From Squalus acanthias (Eukaryota): a stretch of 64,000 nt of DNA. The stretch spans positions 165,542,001-165,606,000 of the forward strand of contig CM059425.1 of assembly GCA_030390025.1 (NCBI GenBank). The letters run 5' to 3'. Shown one piece after another: positions 13,733 to 25,950 of this stretch. The notes under the pieces are model-generated. The model had not been told where the DNA came from. It did no database searches and saw only the letters and a list, made by a program, of their open reading frames with translations. Positions within the stretch are counted from its first letter, which is position 1; the number at the start of each line of letters is the position of its first letter. A program made the translations under genes and the position numbers.

Positions 13733-14082
13733 CATAAACATAAATTCAGATAACAGTCAGATACTATCTTAAATACACAAAATGTAGTGTAAAATAGTAA
13801 AATCTTCTGTTATTAAATGAACTAAATGATTGATCAACCAATTACATGTTGTACTGAAAGTCTACGTGGCTTGAGTCTGCGGGACCTCCGATGTGAGAGG
13901 TGTTCTCTTTTTATTGTGCTAAGTACGGGAGCCCGAGGCTTTGCAAGGCCTGAACTACAATTGTGTTACCTGGAGTCCTTGTGCTCCGGGATACTTTCCT
14001 GTGTCTAAGACAGTGATGAGAACTCCCCTGCCATCATACTCTGGGTACTGGGGGAGGTAAAACTGAAAGTTGTCAGGGTTCG

Positions 14083-15088
14083 GGGTGGGGTGAGTTCAGG
14101 GCTGGGGGTGTGGGGTGAGTTCAGGGCTCGGAGTGTGAGGTGAGTTCAGGGCTCGGAGAGTGGGGTGAGTTCAGGGCTCGGAGTGTGGGGTGAGTTCAGG
14201 GCTGGGAGTGTGGGGTGAGTTCAGGGCTGGGAGTGTGGGGTGTGTTCAGAGCTCGGAGTGTGGGGTCAGTTCAGGGCTCGGAGTGTGGGGTGAGTTCAGG
14301 GCTGGGAGTGTGGAGTGAGTTCAGGGCTCGGAGTGTGGGGTGAGTTCAGGGCTGGGAGTGTGGGGTGAGTTCAGGGCTGGGAGTGTGGGGTGTGTTCAGA
14401 GCTCGGAGTGTGGGGTCAGTTCAGGGCTCGGAGTGTGGGGTGAGTTCAGGGCTGGGAGTGTGGGGTGAGTTCAGGGCTCGGTGTGTGGGGTGAGTTCAGG
14501 GCTGGGAGAGTGGGGTGAGTTCAGGGCTCGGAGTGTGGGGTGAGTTCAGGGCTGGGAGAGTGGGGTGAGTTCAGGGCTCGGAGTGTGGGGTGAGTTCAGG
14601 GCTCGGAGTGTGGGGTGAGTTCAGGGCTCGGAGTGTGGGGTGAGTTCAGGGCTGGGAGTGTGGGGTGAGTTCAGGGCTCGGAGTGTGGGGTGAGTTCAGG
14701 GCTGGGAGTGTGGGGTGAGTTCAGGGCTCGGAGTGTGGGGTGAGTTCAGGGCTCGGAGTGTGGGGTGAGTTCAGGGCTCGGAGTGTGGGGTGTGTTCAGA
14801 GCTCGGAGTGTGGGGTGAGTACAGGGCTGGGAGAGTGGGGTGAGTTCAGGGCTCGGAGTGTGGGGTGAGTTCAGGGTTGGGAGTGTGGGGTGAGTTCAGG
14901 GCTCGGAGTGTGGGGTGAGTTCAGGGCTCGGAGTGTGGGGTGAGTTCAGGGCTCGGAGTGTGGGGTGAGTTCAGGGCTCGGAGTGTGGGGTGAGTTCAGG
15001 GCTCGGAGTGTGGGGTGAGTTCAGGGCTCAGAGAGTGGGGTGAGTTCAGGGTTGGGAGTGTGGGGTGAGTTTAGGGCTGGGAGAGTGT
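14083..15088 (+). repeat. 25-bp G-rich minisatellite, about 40 units
   Basis: Unit GGGGTGAGTTCAGGGCT(C/G)GGAGTGT repeated head-to-tail with a few recurrent variants; no unique spacers. Confidence 0.97.
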
Positions 15089-16394
15089 GGAACGAATGTG
15101 CAGCTCTAGCTCCAGCGGGCCGGATAAGATGAACTGGCGGCCCGGATACAGCCCACGGGGCATATTTTGCCCACCACTGCTTTATGAGCTAAAGAGCCTC
15201 CGAGGTGACCAAGATAGGGTCTTAAGGTGCAAAGCCGGTTTAGCCTGTGTTTAACTCAAGACGCCATCTTGGTAAAGGAGTTGGAACTAGCACTAGAAAT
15301 GGCCGCCCAGAGGCTTGTTAAACAGCTGATTGCCACTTAAAATGCCTGATAGCACTCATTAAAGAGCCTGAACAGTAATTTGGTGGTTAGCGTTTCAACT
15401 AATGCCCTCTCCTAACAGCAGGAGTAAACACGGTGTTGATGTCAATTTCAAGCGCTACTTTAAGGGATACTCACCATTTATGTTCATTACTGCTGGAGCT
15501 GTGAAGAGGACCTCTGAAACACATCGCAAGACTTTCTTGGTCTTTTTGTCAAGACTTCACCAACACTCGAGCAACATTTATTCAGGAAATTCTCTGAGGA
15601 CTTCATCTAAAAAAAGTAAGTGCTGTGATACTCCATCTTATTGGACACCTTATAGGAGTCACCAGGAGAAAGGGAGTGCTTGGTCACTGGCATCTTGCTA
15701 GGGGCCCCCTTGGACTGAAGGAGGAATGGGAGGAGGACATGAGGCCAGGCAGAGCAGCATCTGCTGCTGCAGGAGAGAGGGACAGGAGGGCGAGGTGGTG
15801 TCCTTCCCCTCTGCGGGTACAGGACATCCCTCCTCCTCTGGAACTCCTCTACCAGGACCTCCAGTGCCACACCCGAGAACCTGTGCGCCCTCTCCCTCGG
15901 TCCCTGAGCCATCCTGCAACGTGCGGCTGTTTGCCTGCCAGGGCACTCCACACTTTTTGTGGAAATGGGTGTGAGGAGGCGACATATGCTGCTCCACAAA
16001 AACTGTGTCTAATCAGCACTTGAGTGTTAAACCTGCAGGTATCTGGTTTAGCACCTCCAGGCAAGTTCAAATTATGGTAATCAGCAATTAGGACCAAAAT
16101 TGTGTGCTAAATCCAGACTCTCAAACAGGCTAGTCTTATTAGCACTGCACCCATTAGCGCCGGTTTTCACCTTTTGGCCAAAATAACCCCCCAAGTCTTC
16201 ATATCCATTTTGCTGTTCAAGGTAGTGACCAAGTCTGAAGAGAGCTGCGAAGCAATTTATGACACAATAGAATATTAAAGCACCTTCTGTGCTTGAAAGA
16301 ATCCCATTTAAACAATGTAAAGGGTCAACAAAATAAATTATATGTAAAATGCAATTATCCTATATCATTATATAGAAATAAATATTTTGATATT

Positions 16395-17352
16395 ATATTA
16401 ATGACCTAGACTTGGGTATACAGGGCATAATTTCAAAGTTTGCAGGTGACACAAAACTCAGCAATGTTGTAAACAAGGAGGAGGATAGTAACAGACTTCA
16501 GGAGGACAGATACACTGGTGAAATAGGCAGACACATGGCAGATGAAATTTAACGCAGAGGAGTGTGAAGTGATACATTTTGGTAGAAAGAATGAGGAAGT
16601 TGCAATAGAAACTGAATGGTACAATTTTAAAGGGGGTGCAGGAACGGAGAGACCTGGGGGTTCACATACACAAATCTTTGAAGATAGAAGGACAAGTTGA
16701 GAAGGTTGTTAAAAAAGCATATGGGATGCTTGGCTTTATTAATAGAGGAATAGAGTACAAAAGCAAGGAAGTTATGCTAAACCTTTATAAAACACTGGTT
16801 AGGCCTCAGCTGGAGTATTGTGTTCAATTCTGGGCACCACACTTTAGGAAGGATGTCAAGGCCTTAGAGAGGGTGCAGAAGAGATTTACTGGAATGGTAC
16901 CAGGGATGAGGAAATTCAGTTATGTGGAGAGGCTGGAGAAGCTGGGGTTGTTCTTCTTAGAGCAGAGAAGGTTAAGAGGAGATTTGATAGAGGTGTTCAA
17001 AATCGTAAACCGTTTTGATAGAGTAAACAGGGAGAAACTGTTTCCAGTGGTAGAAGGGTTGGTAACTAGAGGACACAGATTTAAGGTGATTAGCAAAAGA
17101 ACCAGAGGCAACATGAGAGAACATTTTTTACACAGTGAGTTGTGATCTGGAATGCACTGCCTGAAAAGGTGGTGGAAGCAAATTCAATAGTAAGATTCAG
17201 AATTGGATAACTACTTAAAGGGAAAACATTTACAAGGCTATGGGAAAAGAGCCGGGCAGTGGGACTAATTGGATAACTCTACCAAAGAGCCAGCATGGAC
17301 ATTTTGGGCCGAATGGCCTCCTTCTGTGCAGTATCATTCTATGAGTCTATGA
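16395..17352 (+). mobile_element. 5'-truncated CR1 LINE (distinct subfamily)
   Basis: ORF 16636..17145 (RDLGVHIHKSLK...RPQLEYCVQFWAP); upstream decayed INDLD..SKFAGDTKL; tail TTCTATGAGTCTATGA. Confidence 0.92.
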
Positions 17353-17515
17353 AATAACTTGCATTTATAAAGTGCCATTCACATTTTCAGAACATCCCTA
17401 AACACAGTGTAGTCAATTAATTGCTTTTGAAGTGCAGTTGCTGTTGTTTTGTAGCAAACGTAACAGCCAATCTGTGCATGGCAAAGTCCCACAGACAACA
17501 ATGAGATAAATGATC
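17353..17515 (-). mobile_element. Deu-domain SINE, 3' part (split by CR1 insertions)
   Basis: Reverse complement matches the SINE 3' part at 31330-31480 and ends in an L2-like tail (TATAAATGCAAGTT). Confidence 0.65.
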
Positions 17516-20341
17516 GTAAGAACATAAGAAATAAGAGCAGGAGTAGGCTATACAGCCCCTCGAGCCTGCTCCGCCATTCAATAAGATCATGGCTGATCAT
17601 CGACCTCAACTCCACTTTCCCGCCCGATCTCCATATCCCTTGATTCCCCTAGTGTCCAAAAATCTATCTATCTCAGCCTTGAATATACTCAAAGACTCAG
17701 CATCCACAGCCCTCTGGGGCAGAGAATTCCAAAGATTCACAACCCTCTGAGTGAAGAAATTCCTCCTCATCTCAATCTTAAATGGCCTGCCCCTTATCCT
17801 AAGACTATGCTCCCTAATTCTAGACACTCCAGCCAGGGGAAACAATCTCTCAGCATCTACCCTGTCAATCCCCTTCAGAATCTTGTATGTTTAAATGAGA
17901 TCACCTCTCATTCTTCTAAACTCCAGACAGTATAGGCCCATTCTACACAATCTCTCATCATAGGACAGTCCTCTCATCCCAGGAATCAATCTAGTGAGCC
18001 TTTGTTGCACCGCCTCCAAGGCAAGTATATCCTTCCTTAGATAAGGAGACCAAAACTGTGCACAGTACTCCAGGTGTGGTCTCACCAAGACCCTGTACAA
18101 TTGTAGCAAGACTTCCTTAGTCTTCTACTCCAACCCCCTTGCAATAAAGGCCAACATGCCATTTGCCTTCCTTATTGCTTGCTGTACCTGCATGCTAGCT
18201 TTCTGTGTTTCTTGCACGAGGACACCCAAATCTCTCTCAACACCAACATTTGAAAGTTTCTCACCATTTAAAACATATTCTGTTTTTCTATTCTTCCTAC
18301 CAAAGTGAATAACCTTACATTTCATTACATTATACTCCATCTGCCACTTTACTGCCCACTCACTTAGTCTATCTATATCCCTTTGCAGACTCTTTGTGAT
18401 CTCCTCACAGCTTACTGTCCCACCTAGCTTTACATAAGAACATAAAAAATAGGAGCAGGAGTAGGCCAATTGGCCCCTCGAGCCTGCTCCGTCATTCAAT
18501 AAGATCATGGCTGATCTGATCCTAACCGCCAATCTACTATCACAGAACCATCTCCTGAACCTAACAGAATTGGACACACGAAATAGGAGCAGGATCAGGC
18601 TACACGGCCCCTGGGCCCGCTACGCTACCCACAGGGCCATGACCGATCCGAACCTAGACTCATGTCCAAATTCTTGCCCGCTCCCCGTAACCCTTAATTC
18701 CCTTTACTTCTAGGAAACTGTCTATTTCTGTTTTAAATTTATGTAATGATGTAGCTTCTACAGCTTTTTGGGGCAGCATATTCCATGGACCTACCACCCT
18801 CTGAGTGAAGTAGTTCCTCCTCATCTCAGTTTTGAAAGAGCAGCCCCTTATTCTAAGAGTATGCCCCCTAGTTCTAGTTTCACCCATCATCGGGAACATC
18901 CTCCCCGCATCCACCCGATCCAACCCCTTCACAATCTTATATGTTTCAATAAGATCGCCTCTCATTCTTCTGAACTCCAATGAGTAGAGTCCCAATCTAC
19001 CCAACCTCTCCTCATATGTCCATCCCCTCATCCCCGGGATTAACCGAGTGAACCTTCTTTGTACTGACTCGAGAGCAAGTATGTCTTTTCTTAAGTATGG
19101 ACACCAAAACTGTATGCAATATTCCAGGTGCGGTCTCACCAATACCTTGTACAACTGAAGCAATACCTCCCTATTTTTATATTCTATCCCCCTAGCAATG
19201 AAAGCCAACATTCCATTGGCCTTCTTAATCACTTGCTGCACCTGCATACTAACCTTTTGAGTTTCGTGCACCAGGACCCCCAGATCCCTTTGTACTTCAG
19301 TACTTTCCAGTTTCTTGCCATTAAGATAATAACTCGCTCTACTATTTTTCCTGCCAAAGTGCATAACCTCACACTTTCCAGTATTGTATTCCATCTGCCA
19401 AATCTCTGCCCATTTACTTAGCCTGTCTATGTCCCCTTGCAGATTTTTTATGTCCTCCTCACTACTTTCCCTCCCATCTTAGTATCATCTGCAAACTTTG
19501 ATATGTTACACTCGGTCCCCTCCTCCAAATCGTTAATATAGATTGTAAAGAGTTGGGGACCCAGCACTGACCCCTGCGGAACACCATTAGTTACTGATTG
19601 CCAGTCTGAGAATTAACCATTTTTCCCAACTCTCTGCCTTCTGTTAGATAGCCAATTCTCTATCCATGCCAGAATATTACCCCCAATCCCGTGATTTTTT
19701 ATCTTAAGCAATAATCTTTGTATTGTCAGCAAACCTGAATACATTACACGCGGTCCCTTCAGCTAGGTCATTAATATACATTGTAAATAGCTGAGGCCTC
19801 AACGCTGATCCTTGCAGCACCCCACTGGTTACAGCCTGCCAACCTGAAAAAGATCCGTTTATCCCTACTCTTTCTTTTCTGTCCGTTAACCAATCCTCTA
19901 TCCATGCTATTATATTACCCCCAACCCCATGAGCCCTAATCTTGTGTAATAATCTTTTATGTGGCACCTTATCGAATGCCTTTTGGAAATCCAAATATAC
20001 TACATCCACTGGTTCCCCTTTATTTACCCTACTAGTTACATCCTCAAAAATCTCTAACAAATTTGTCAAACATGATTTCCCTTTCATAAAACCATGTTGA
20101 CTCTGCCTAATCATGTTATGATTTTCTAAGTGCCCTGATATTACTTCCTTAACAATGGATTCCAGCATTTTCCCAACGACTGATGTCAGGCTAACTGGCC
20201 TGTAGTTCCCTGTTTTCTCTCTCCCTCCTTTCTTGAATTACATTTGCTACCTTCCAATCCGCTGGAACCATTCTAGAATCTAGGGAATTTTGGAAGATCA
20301 AAACCAATGCATCCACTATCTCTGCAGTCACCTCTTTTAGA
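17516..20341 (-). mobile_element. CR1 LINE fragment (outer), RT region, split by a nested CR1
   Basis: ORFs 19704..20168, 18125..18577, 17891..18109, 17606..17845; the motif FADNT|KLGG is broken between 19720 and 18431. Confidence 0.9.
18432..19719 (-). mobile_element. CR1 LINE fragment (inner, nested)
   Basis: ORF 18660..19394; own 3' tail (ACATAAGAACATA) at 18432; inserted within the RT motif of the outer CR1. Confidence 0.9.
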
Positions 20342-20610
20342 ATCAATTAAACTGTTTTTGGAGGTTTTGACTGAGGGATAAATGTTGGCTCGGACACCAG
20401 GAGAACTCCTCTGCTCTTCTCTACCTGAACAGCAGAGAAGTTCTTGGTTTAATGTCTCATATGAAAGATGGCATCTCTGATACTGCAGCATTCCATCAGT
20501 ACTATACTGCCATATCAGCCTAGACTACATGCTCAAGTCCCGGGAGTGGAAGTTTAACTGAAAACTTTTGACTCAGAGGCAAGAGAGCCACTATCGGCTA
20601 AGTTGGCACT
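20342..20610 (-). mobile_element. Deu-domain SINE, 5' part (tRNA-like head + Deu domain)
   Basis: Reverse complement resembles 30325-30540 (cagtactgatggaatgctgcagtatcagagatgccatctttcatatgagacattaaacc...gtgtccgagccaacatttatccctca). Confidence 0.7.
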
Positions 20611-20954
20611 TAAACAAGATACACGCTGGGGTACAATATAAATCTAATTATTCCTTGAGTAAAGGTGACCTTCATAACTCATGAATGACAATGTAATTAG
20701 TGATTCTTCATTTTTTAAATAAGCTTGATATTCCACCATTCCCTTGCATACTCTCTTCTGACCTTTTTACAATTAATCCTGTTAATTAGAATGTTCTGTG
20801 GTCACTTATGTAAGCCTCCTGGGTTGACATAATACTTCTTTCCTGTTAATAATTTTGGGTATTATAATTATTGAAGACTGGTGCTTCTGATGTAAATTGT
20901 ATAACTTGAGAAGTGAGCAATAAAGAGAAACTGGGTGATGACATGAGTTGTTTC

Positions 20955-23006
20955 ATTCAGTTATACATTCCTTTCTGGCACAAAAGCACAAAAGGAAAAG
21001 CGGCCCAACCATGGCTAACAAAAGAAATTAAGGGTAGTATTAGATCCAAAGAGGAGTCATATAAAGTTGCCAGAAAAAGTAGCAAGCCTGAGGATTGGGA
21101 GCCGTTTAGAGTTCAGCAAAAAAGGACCAAGAGATTGATTAAGAGGGGAAAAATAGAGTATGAGAGTAAACTTGCAAGGAACATAAAAGCGGACTGTAAA
21201 AGCTTCTACAAGTATGTAAGAAGAAAAAGATTAGTGAAGACAAATGTCGGTCCCTTGCAGTCAGAAACGGGAGAATTTATAATGGGGAACAAGGAAATGG
21301 AACAAGGAAATGACAAATACTTTGGTTCTGTCTTCACAGAAGAGGACACAAATAACTTCCCAGAAATGCTAGGGAACCAAGGGTCTAGTGAGAAGGAGGA
21401 ATTAAAGGACATTAGTATTAGTAAAAAAATAGTGCTGGAGAAATTAATGGGACTGAAAGCCGATAAATCCCCAGGGCCTGATAATCTGCATCCCAGAATA
21501 CTAAAAGAGGTAGCCATGGAAATAGGGGATGCATTGGTTGTCATCTTCCAAAATTCTATAGATTATGGAACAGTTCCTGCAGATTGGAGGGTGGCAAATG
21601 TAACCCCACTATTTAAAAAATAAGGGAGAGAGAAAACAGGGAATTACAGATCGGTTAGCCTAACATCAGTAGTAGGGAAAATGCTAGAGTCTATTATAAA
21701 GGATGCGATAACAGGACACTTAGAAAATATCAACGGGATTAGACAAAGTCAACATGGATTTATGAAAGGGAGATCGCGTTTGACAAACCTACTGGAGTTT
21801 TTGGAGGATGTAACTGGTAGAATAGATAAGGGAGAACCAGTGGATGTGGTGTATTTGGATTTTCAGAAGGCCTTTGATAAAGTCCCACATAAGAGGTTAG
21901 TGTGCAAAATTAAAGCACATGGGATTGGGGGTAATATACTGGCATGGATTGAAAATTGGTTAACAGACAGGAAACAGAGAGTAGGAATAAATGGGTCTTT
22001 TTTGGGGTGGCAGGCGGTGACTAGTGGGGTACCGCAGGTATCAGTGCTTGGGCCCCAGCTATTCACAATATATATCAATGATTTGGATGAGGGAACCAAA
22101 TGTAATATTTCCAAGTTTGCTGACGACATGAAACTAGGTGGGACTGTGAGTTGTGAGGAGAATGCAAAGAGGCTTCAAGGCGATATAGACAAGTTGAGTG
22201 AGTGGGCAAATACATGGCAGATGCAGTATAACGTGGATAAGTGTGAAGTTATCCACTTCGGTAGGAAAAACAGAAAGGCAGAGTATTATTTAAATGGTGA
22301 TAGATTGGGAAATGTTGATGTACAAAGGGATCTGGGTGTCTTTGTACACCAGTCACTGAAAGCAAACATGCAGGTGCAGCAAGCAGTTTGAGTACAGGAG
22401 CAAGGATGTCTTACTACAGTTATACAGGGCCTTGGTGAGACCATACCTGGAGTACTGTGTGCAGTTTTGGTCTCCTTACCTAAGAAAGGATATACTTGCC
22501 ATAGAGGGAGTCCAGCGAAGGTTCACCAGACTGATTCCTGGGATGGCACGACTGTCGTATGAGGAGAGATTGGGTCGACTAGGCCTGTATTCACTAGAGT
22601 TTAGAAGAATGAGAGGGGATCTCATTGAAACGTATAAAATTCTGACAGGGCTAGATAGACTGGATGCAGAGCGGATGTTTCCCCTAGTTGGGGGGTCTAG
22701 AACGAGGGGTCACAGTCTCAGGATACGGGGTAGGACATTTAGGACCGAGATGAGGAGAAATTTCTTCACTCAGAGGGTGGTGAACCTGTGGAATTCTCTA
22801 CCACAGAAGGCTGTGGAGGCCAAGTCACTGGATATATTTAAGAAAGAGATAGATAGATTTCTAGACGCAAACGGCGTCAAGGGGTATGGGGAGAGAGCGG
22901 GAATATGGTATTGAGATAGAGGATCAGCCATGATCATATTGAATAGCGCTGAATGGCCTACTCCTGCTCCTATTTTTCTATGTTTCTATGTTCTATGTTT
23001 CTATGT
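20955..23006 (+). mobile_element. 5'-truncated CR1 LINE (family A), ORF2 pseudogene
   Basis: ORFs 20913..21623, 21681..22391 (YLDFQKAFDKVPH, FADD) and 22432..22914; stop at 21621, internal deletion near 22388; (TTCTATGT)n tail. Confidence 0.95.
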
Positions 23007-23379
23007 CTTCATTTCCCTTGAAAGAGAGAAGATTGGAGGAACAGTGCAGGAATTTTTCAAGTTTTAAATGAAAGATTGTATTGATTTTTCAGTTGAAGGT
23101 ATACCAAAAATAGAATTTATACCTACATACCAAAAAGGAGTAAATATATAACTGAAGTTAGAATTAAGAGGTCTGAGTTGCAGAATTTTTATGTGACAAA
23201 AAAAGTTTTGTCTATGATCATTATTTATTGGATTCTTTCTTGCTGGTCAGAGTACACATAGGGTCAAAATTAGTTACTGCTATGTGTTTCTCAGGCTGTA
23301 GAGAATACACATCCCAAACGAGCTGATATACACACCTCAGGACAAAGCCTTAAGATGTGTAGGTTGATTGCTGCCATTA

Positions 23380-23861
23380 TCCAAGGCGGCCTTCGAGACA
23401 CACGACAACGCAAAATCATCGAGCAGAAACTGATAGCCAAGTTCCGCACTCATGAGGACGGCCTCAATAGGGATATCGGGTTCATGTCACGCTACAGAAC
23501 GTGACTTGACATCGTTGTCTGTCTTTCCAGTTTTTAAAAAACAAACACAAAAAAAAACCAAAAAACAAACCCAAAAAGGACGGAGAGAGAGGAAGGGCTA
23601 TGGAGAGAGATCGGCTGCAGACAGCAGGATTTGACACGTTGGATCCCCTGGGACACATCTCATTGTCTTGGCTGTGCTCTTGGTGTGTCTTTGATGTAAG
23701 GAAAGATTGTATCTCTGCATTTTCTGTGTTTATATTCTGTGAACTTTTGTAGATTCACTCATTGTAACTTTACCTGAAGAAGGGGCGATCGATAGCTCCA
23801 AAAGCTTGTAATTTTAAATAAATCTGTTGGACTATAACCTGGTGTTGTGCGACTTCTCATT
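23380..23861 (+). mobile_element. Penelope-like element 3' fragment (GIY-YIG C-terminus + 3' UTR with mutated hammerhead)
   Basis: Encodes QGGLRDTRQRKIIEQKLIAKFRTHEDGLNRDIGFMSRYRT*; highly similar to 54540-55085; TSD ATTATCC (23376-23382, 23862-23868). Confidence 0.85.
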
Positions 23862-24573
23862 ATTATCCTTGGGTGCAGAGCTTTCTCACAGATCAGTTAA
23901 AGCATTTGGAAATGATCAGTGGGTTAGGCCATTCAATTCAATTGAAATGTCCTATGTGATTGACATCCCGGGGATCTTTTTAAAGTAAAATAAGTTTGAT
24001 TGACTGCAATGTTTGTGACAAAGACTTGAGTCAGGCTTGTGATATGATGCTTTGTAGACCCCTAACCCACAGCTCTGTAGCCAGAAACTACAGGTTGTAG
24101 GTTCATATTTGGCTGCCTAAGTCTGCCTGATGCTGATTAACATGTAAGAAATAAACAACTTTGCTATGAGGGTCAGTCCTATGTTGGGAGTTAGTGCATC
24201 ATGCAGCATTTGATGTTTTTGACATCTCAAAGAGATTGGTAAAAGCTATAAATATACTATTTGTACTGAGTAATGTTTTTTACCTGTTTTATGATCAATA
24301 AATTTATCTAGTTGTTTATAGCTATAGTCTGATAGTGTTATTCTTCCACCTACCGAAGTTGAGGAGATTTTGTGCCAGCAAATGATATGGATATAGAGCA
24401 CAGTGGCAAGAGTTCTCTGTTTGACCCCAAGGTATCACAATATTTACCTAAATACTGAGCGGGTAAAGGCACATACTGGTTTGTACAGGATGGCAAATGT
24501 GTTTAGAGGAGCAGTAAGTAACACTGAACCCAAGGAGAGTATCTATATTAAAAACCCTAAAATGTAATACAGT

Positions 24574-24745
24574 GGGGCGTTCAATTTTCACATTTGCCAC
24601 GGGCAGAAAACTAACGGTTACCGATCGGCTGTCTGTTATACACCTCGCTGAAGTCAATGGCAAGGAAATTTGGGCAGCTTCTACAATGGGCAGCTGATCT
24701 GCAACCATCAGTTTTCCAGCCATGCCCAAAGTGAAAATTACTCCC
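24574..24745. mobile_element. Short palindromic MITE
   Basis: Ends GGGGCGTTCAATTTTCAC and GTGAAAATTACTCCC; interior (gatcggctgtctgttatacacc...tcaatgg) resembles 38980-39148. Confidence 0.55.
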
Positions 24746-25950
24746 AGGATTTTCATAAAATTTTTCTTGGAAGTAAATTTATGTGTGAATGCCATTATTT
24801 TAACCTTCTGCTATGAAGCTCATGGACTCTTTCCTCTACAAGTAATATCAGTTCTGATGCAGGATTCCATCAACAACATTAACCATTCTTTCTCTTTCAG
24901 ATGCCAACTGACCCGCTGTGTATTTCCAGCATGTTTTTGTTTTACTGGAGATTTTTAGCATTAATGTTTTTTCTGTTTATCTTGTGAACTTTGTATTTGT
25001 CACCAAAAAGTTACCATGTCTCCATTTGCTCTTGTACGCAGGCTGTATTTTCCCCACCCCATCACCCCCCAAAAAATTGTTACATTGGGGGAGATTTTAA
25101 ATGACATGGTCAATTCAATCACATGATTAATTTATAAAGTATTTTTTTTATTCATGCATTCAGTTTCTGTAATAAAGTAGAAAAAAATGATGGCCTATGC
25201 AGGAAATTCCTGGGTTGTCTATCCCTCCCTCAGGCTGGCTATAATACAATATATCATCCAAAAACATGTGAGGCCAGTTATGTTCACCCTTTCTACTTCA
25301 GTACGACAGACAGTACCAGGTACGCACCTCCCTAATCTATTTGATCCCATCTTCCCATGACATGCTTCATTTATTCCACTTATCATGTTCATTTCTTGAT
25401 ACGTGCAAAGGCTTTATCCTTATTAGTATTCCTAGTTTTTTGTTAGGCTTCCATTTTATAGTCTTTATAACAAACAGTGTGGGACAACCACATTAATTGT
25501 TTTTTTTTATGAGAATCTGATCCTCAGGGGTTCTGATGTATGTTCAAGCAGCCTTATCAATATAAACAGTGAGCTCAGTAATCTGTTATTAAATTACAGT
25601 TACATCCTGAGACTTGCTTCTAATGCTTGTATGGATTTCTGAGGATTATTATAGCACAGATTTTGTAAATGAATATCTATGCTTACATTTGATGTGTTTT
25701 TGTTATAAAAATTGGGAGTTTTGTAACCAGTTGCTGCATCTGTGCATGTTGGAGCTAATATTTTCAAAGAAGGTTCCAACAATTTTTTTGAACAGCATAA
25801 AATTAGACAAAATTGTACAAATAATTTTGACGACATCTTTCTATTTTCACTGTTTTAAAGTTTTGTTTCCTCCTGAATAACTACCTACGTGTATCATCAA
25901 AAGGAAAACCTTAGAAAGATTCCAGCTATTTGTAACTGCTTTTAATGTAC

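Larger units (their letters stand above)
13515..15179. mobile_element. Non-autonomous hAT (Charlie-like) element containing a minisatellite
   Basis: TIRs CAGGGGTGGGCAA and TTGCCCACCACTG; degenerate 8-bp TSD CTTTAGGC (13507-13514) and CTTTATGA (15180-15187). Confidence 0.75.
13486..16192. mobile_element. Internally deleted Harbinger element, interrupted by a hAT insertion
   Basis: Ends GGGGGCAATTTTCGC and GCCAAAATAACCCCCC; minus-strand Myb/SANT N-terminus PRERAHRFSGVALEVLVEEFQRRRDVLYP (about 15790-15920) abuts a plus-strand stretch resembling the transposase N-terminus seen at 29.5-29.6 kb. Confidence 0.65.

Noticed and set aside
14083..15088. Regular repeat array considered as CRISPR-like
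   Set aside because: Units are contiguous with no unique spacers, there are no cas genes, and the context is vertebrate
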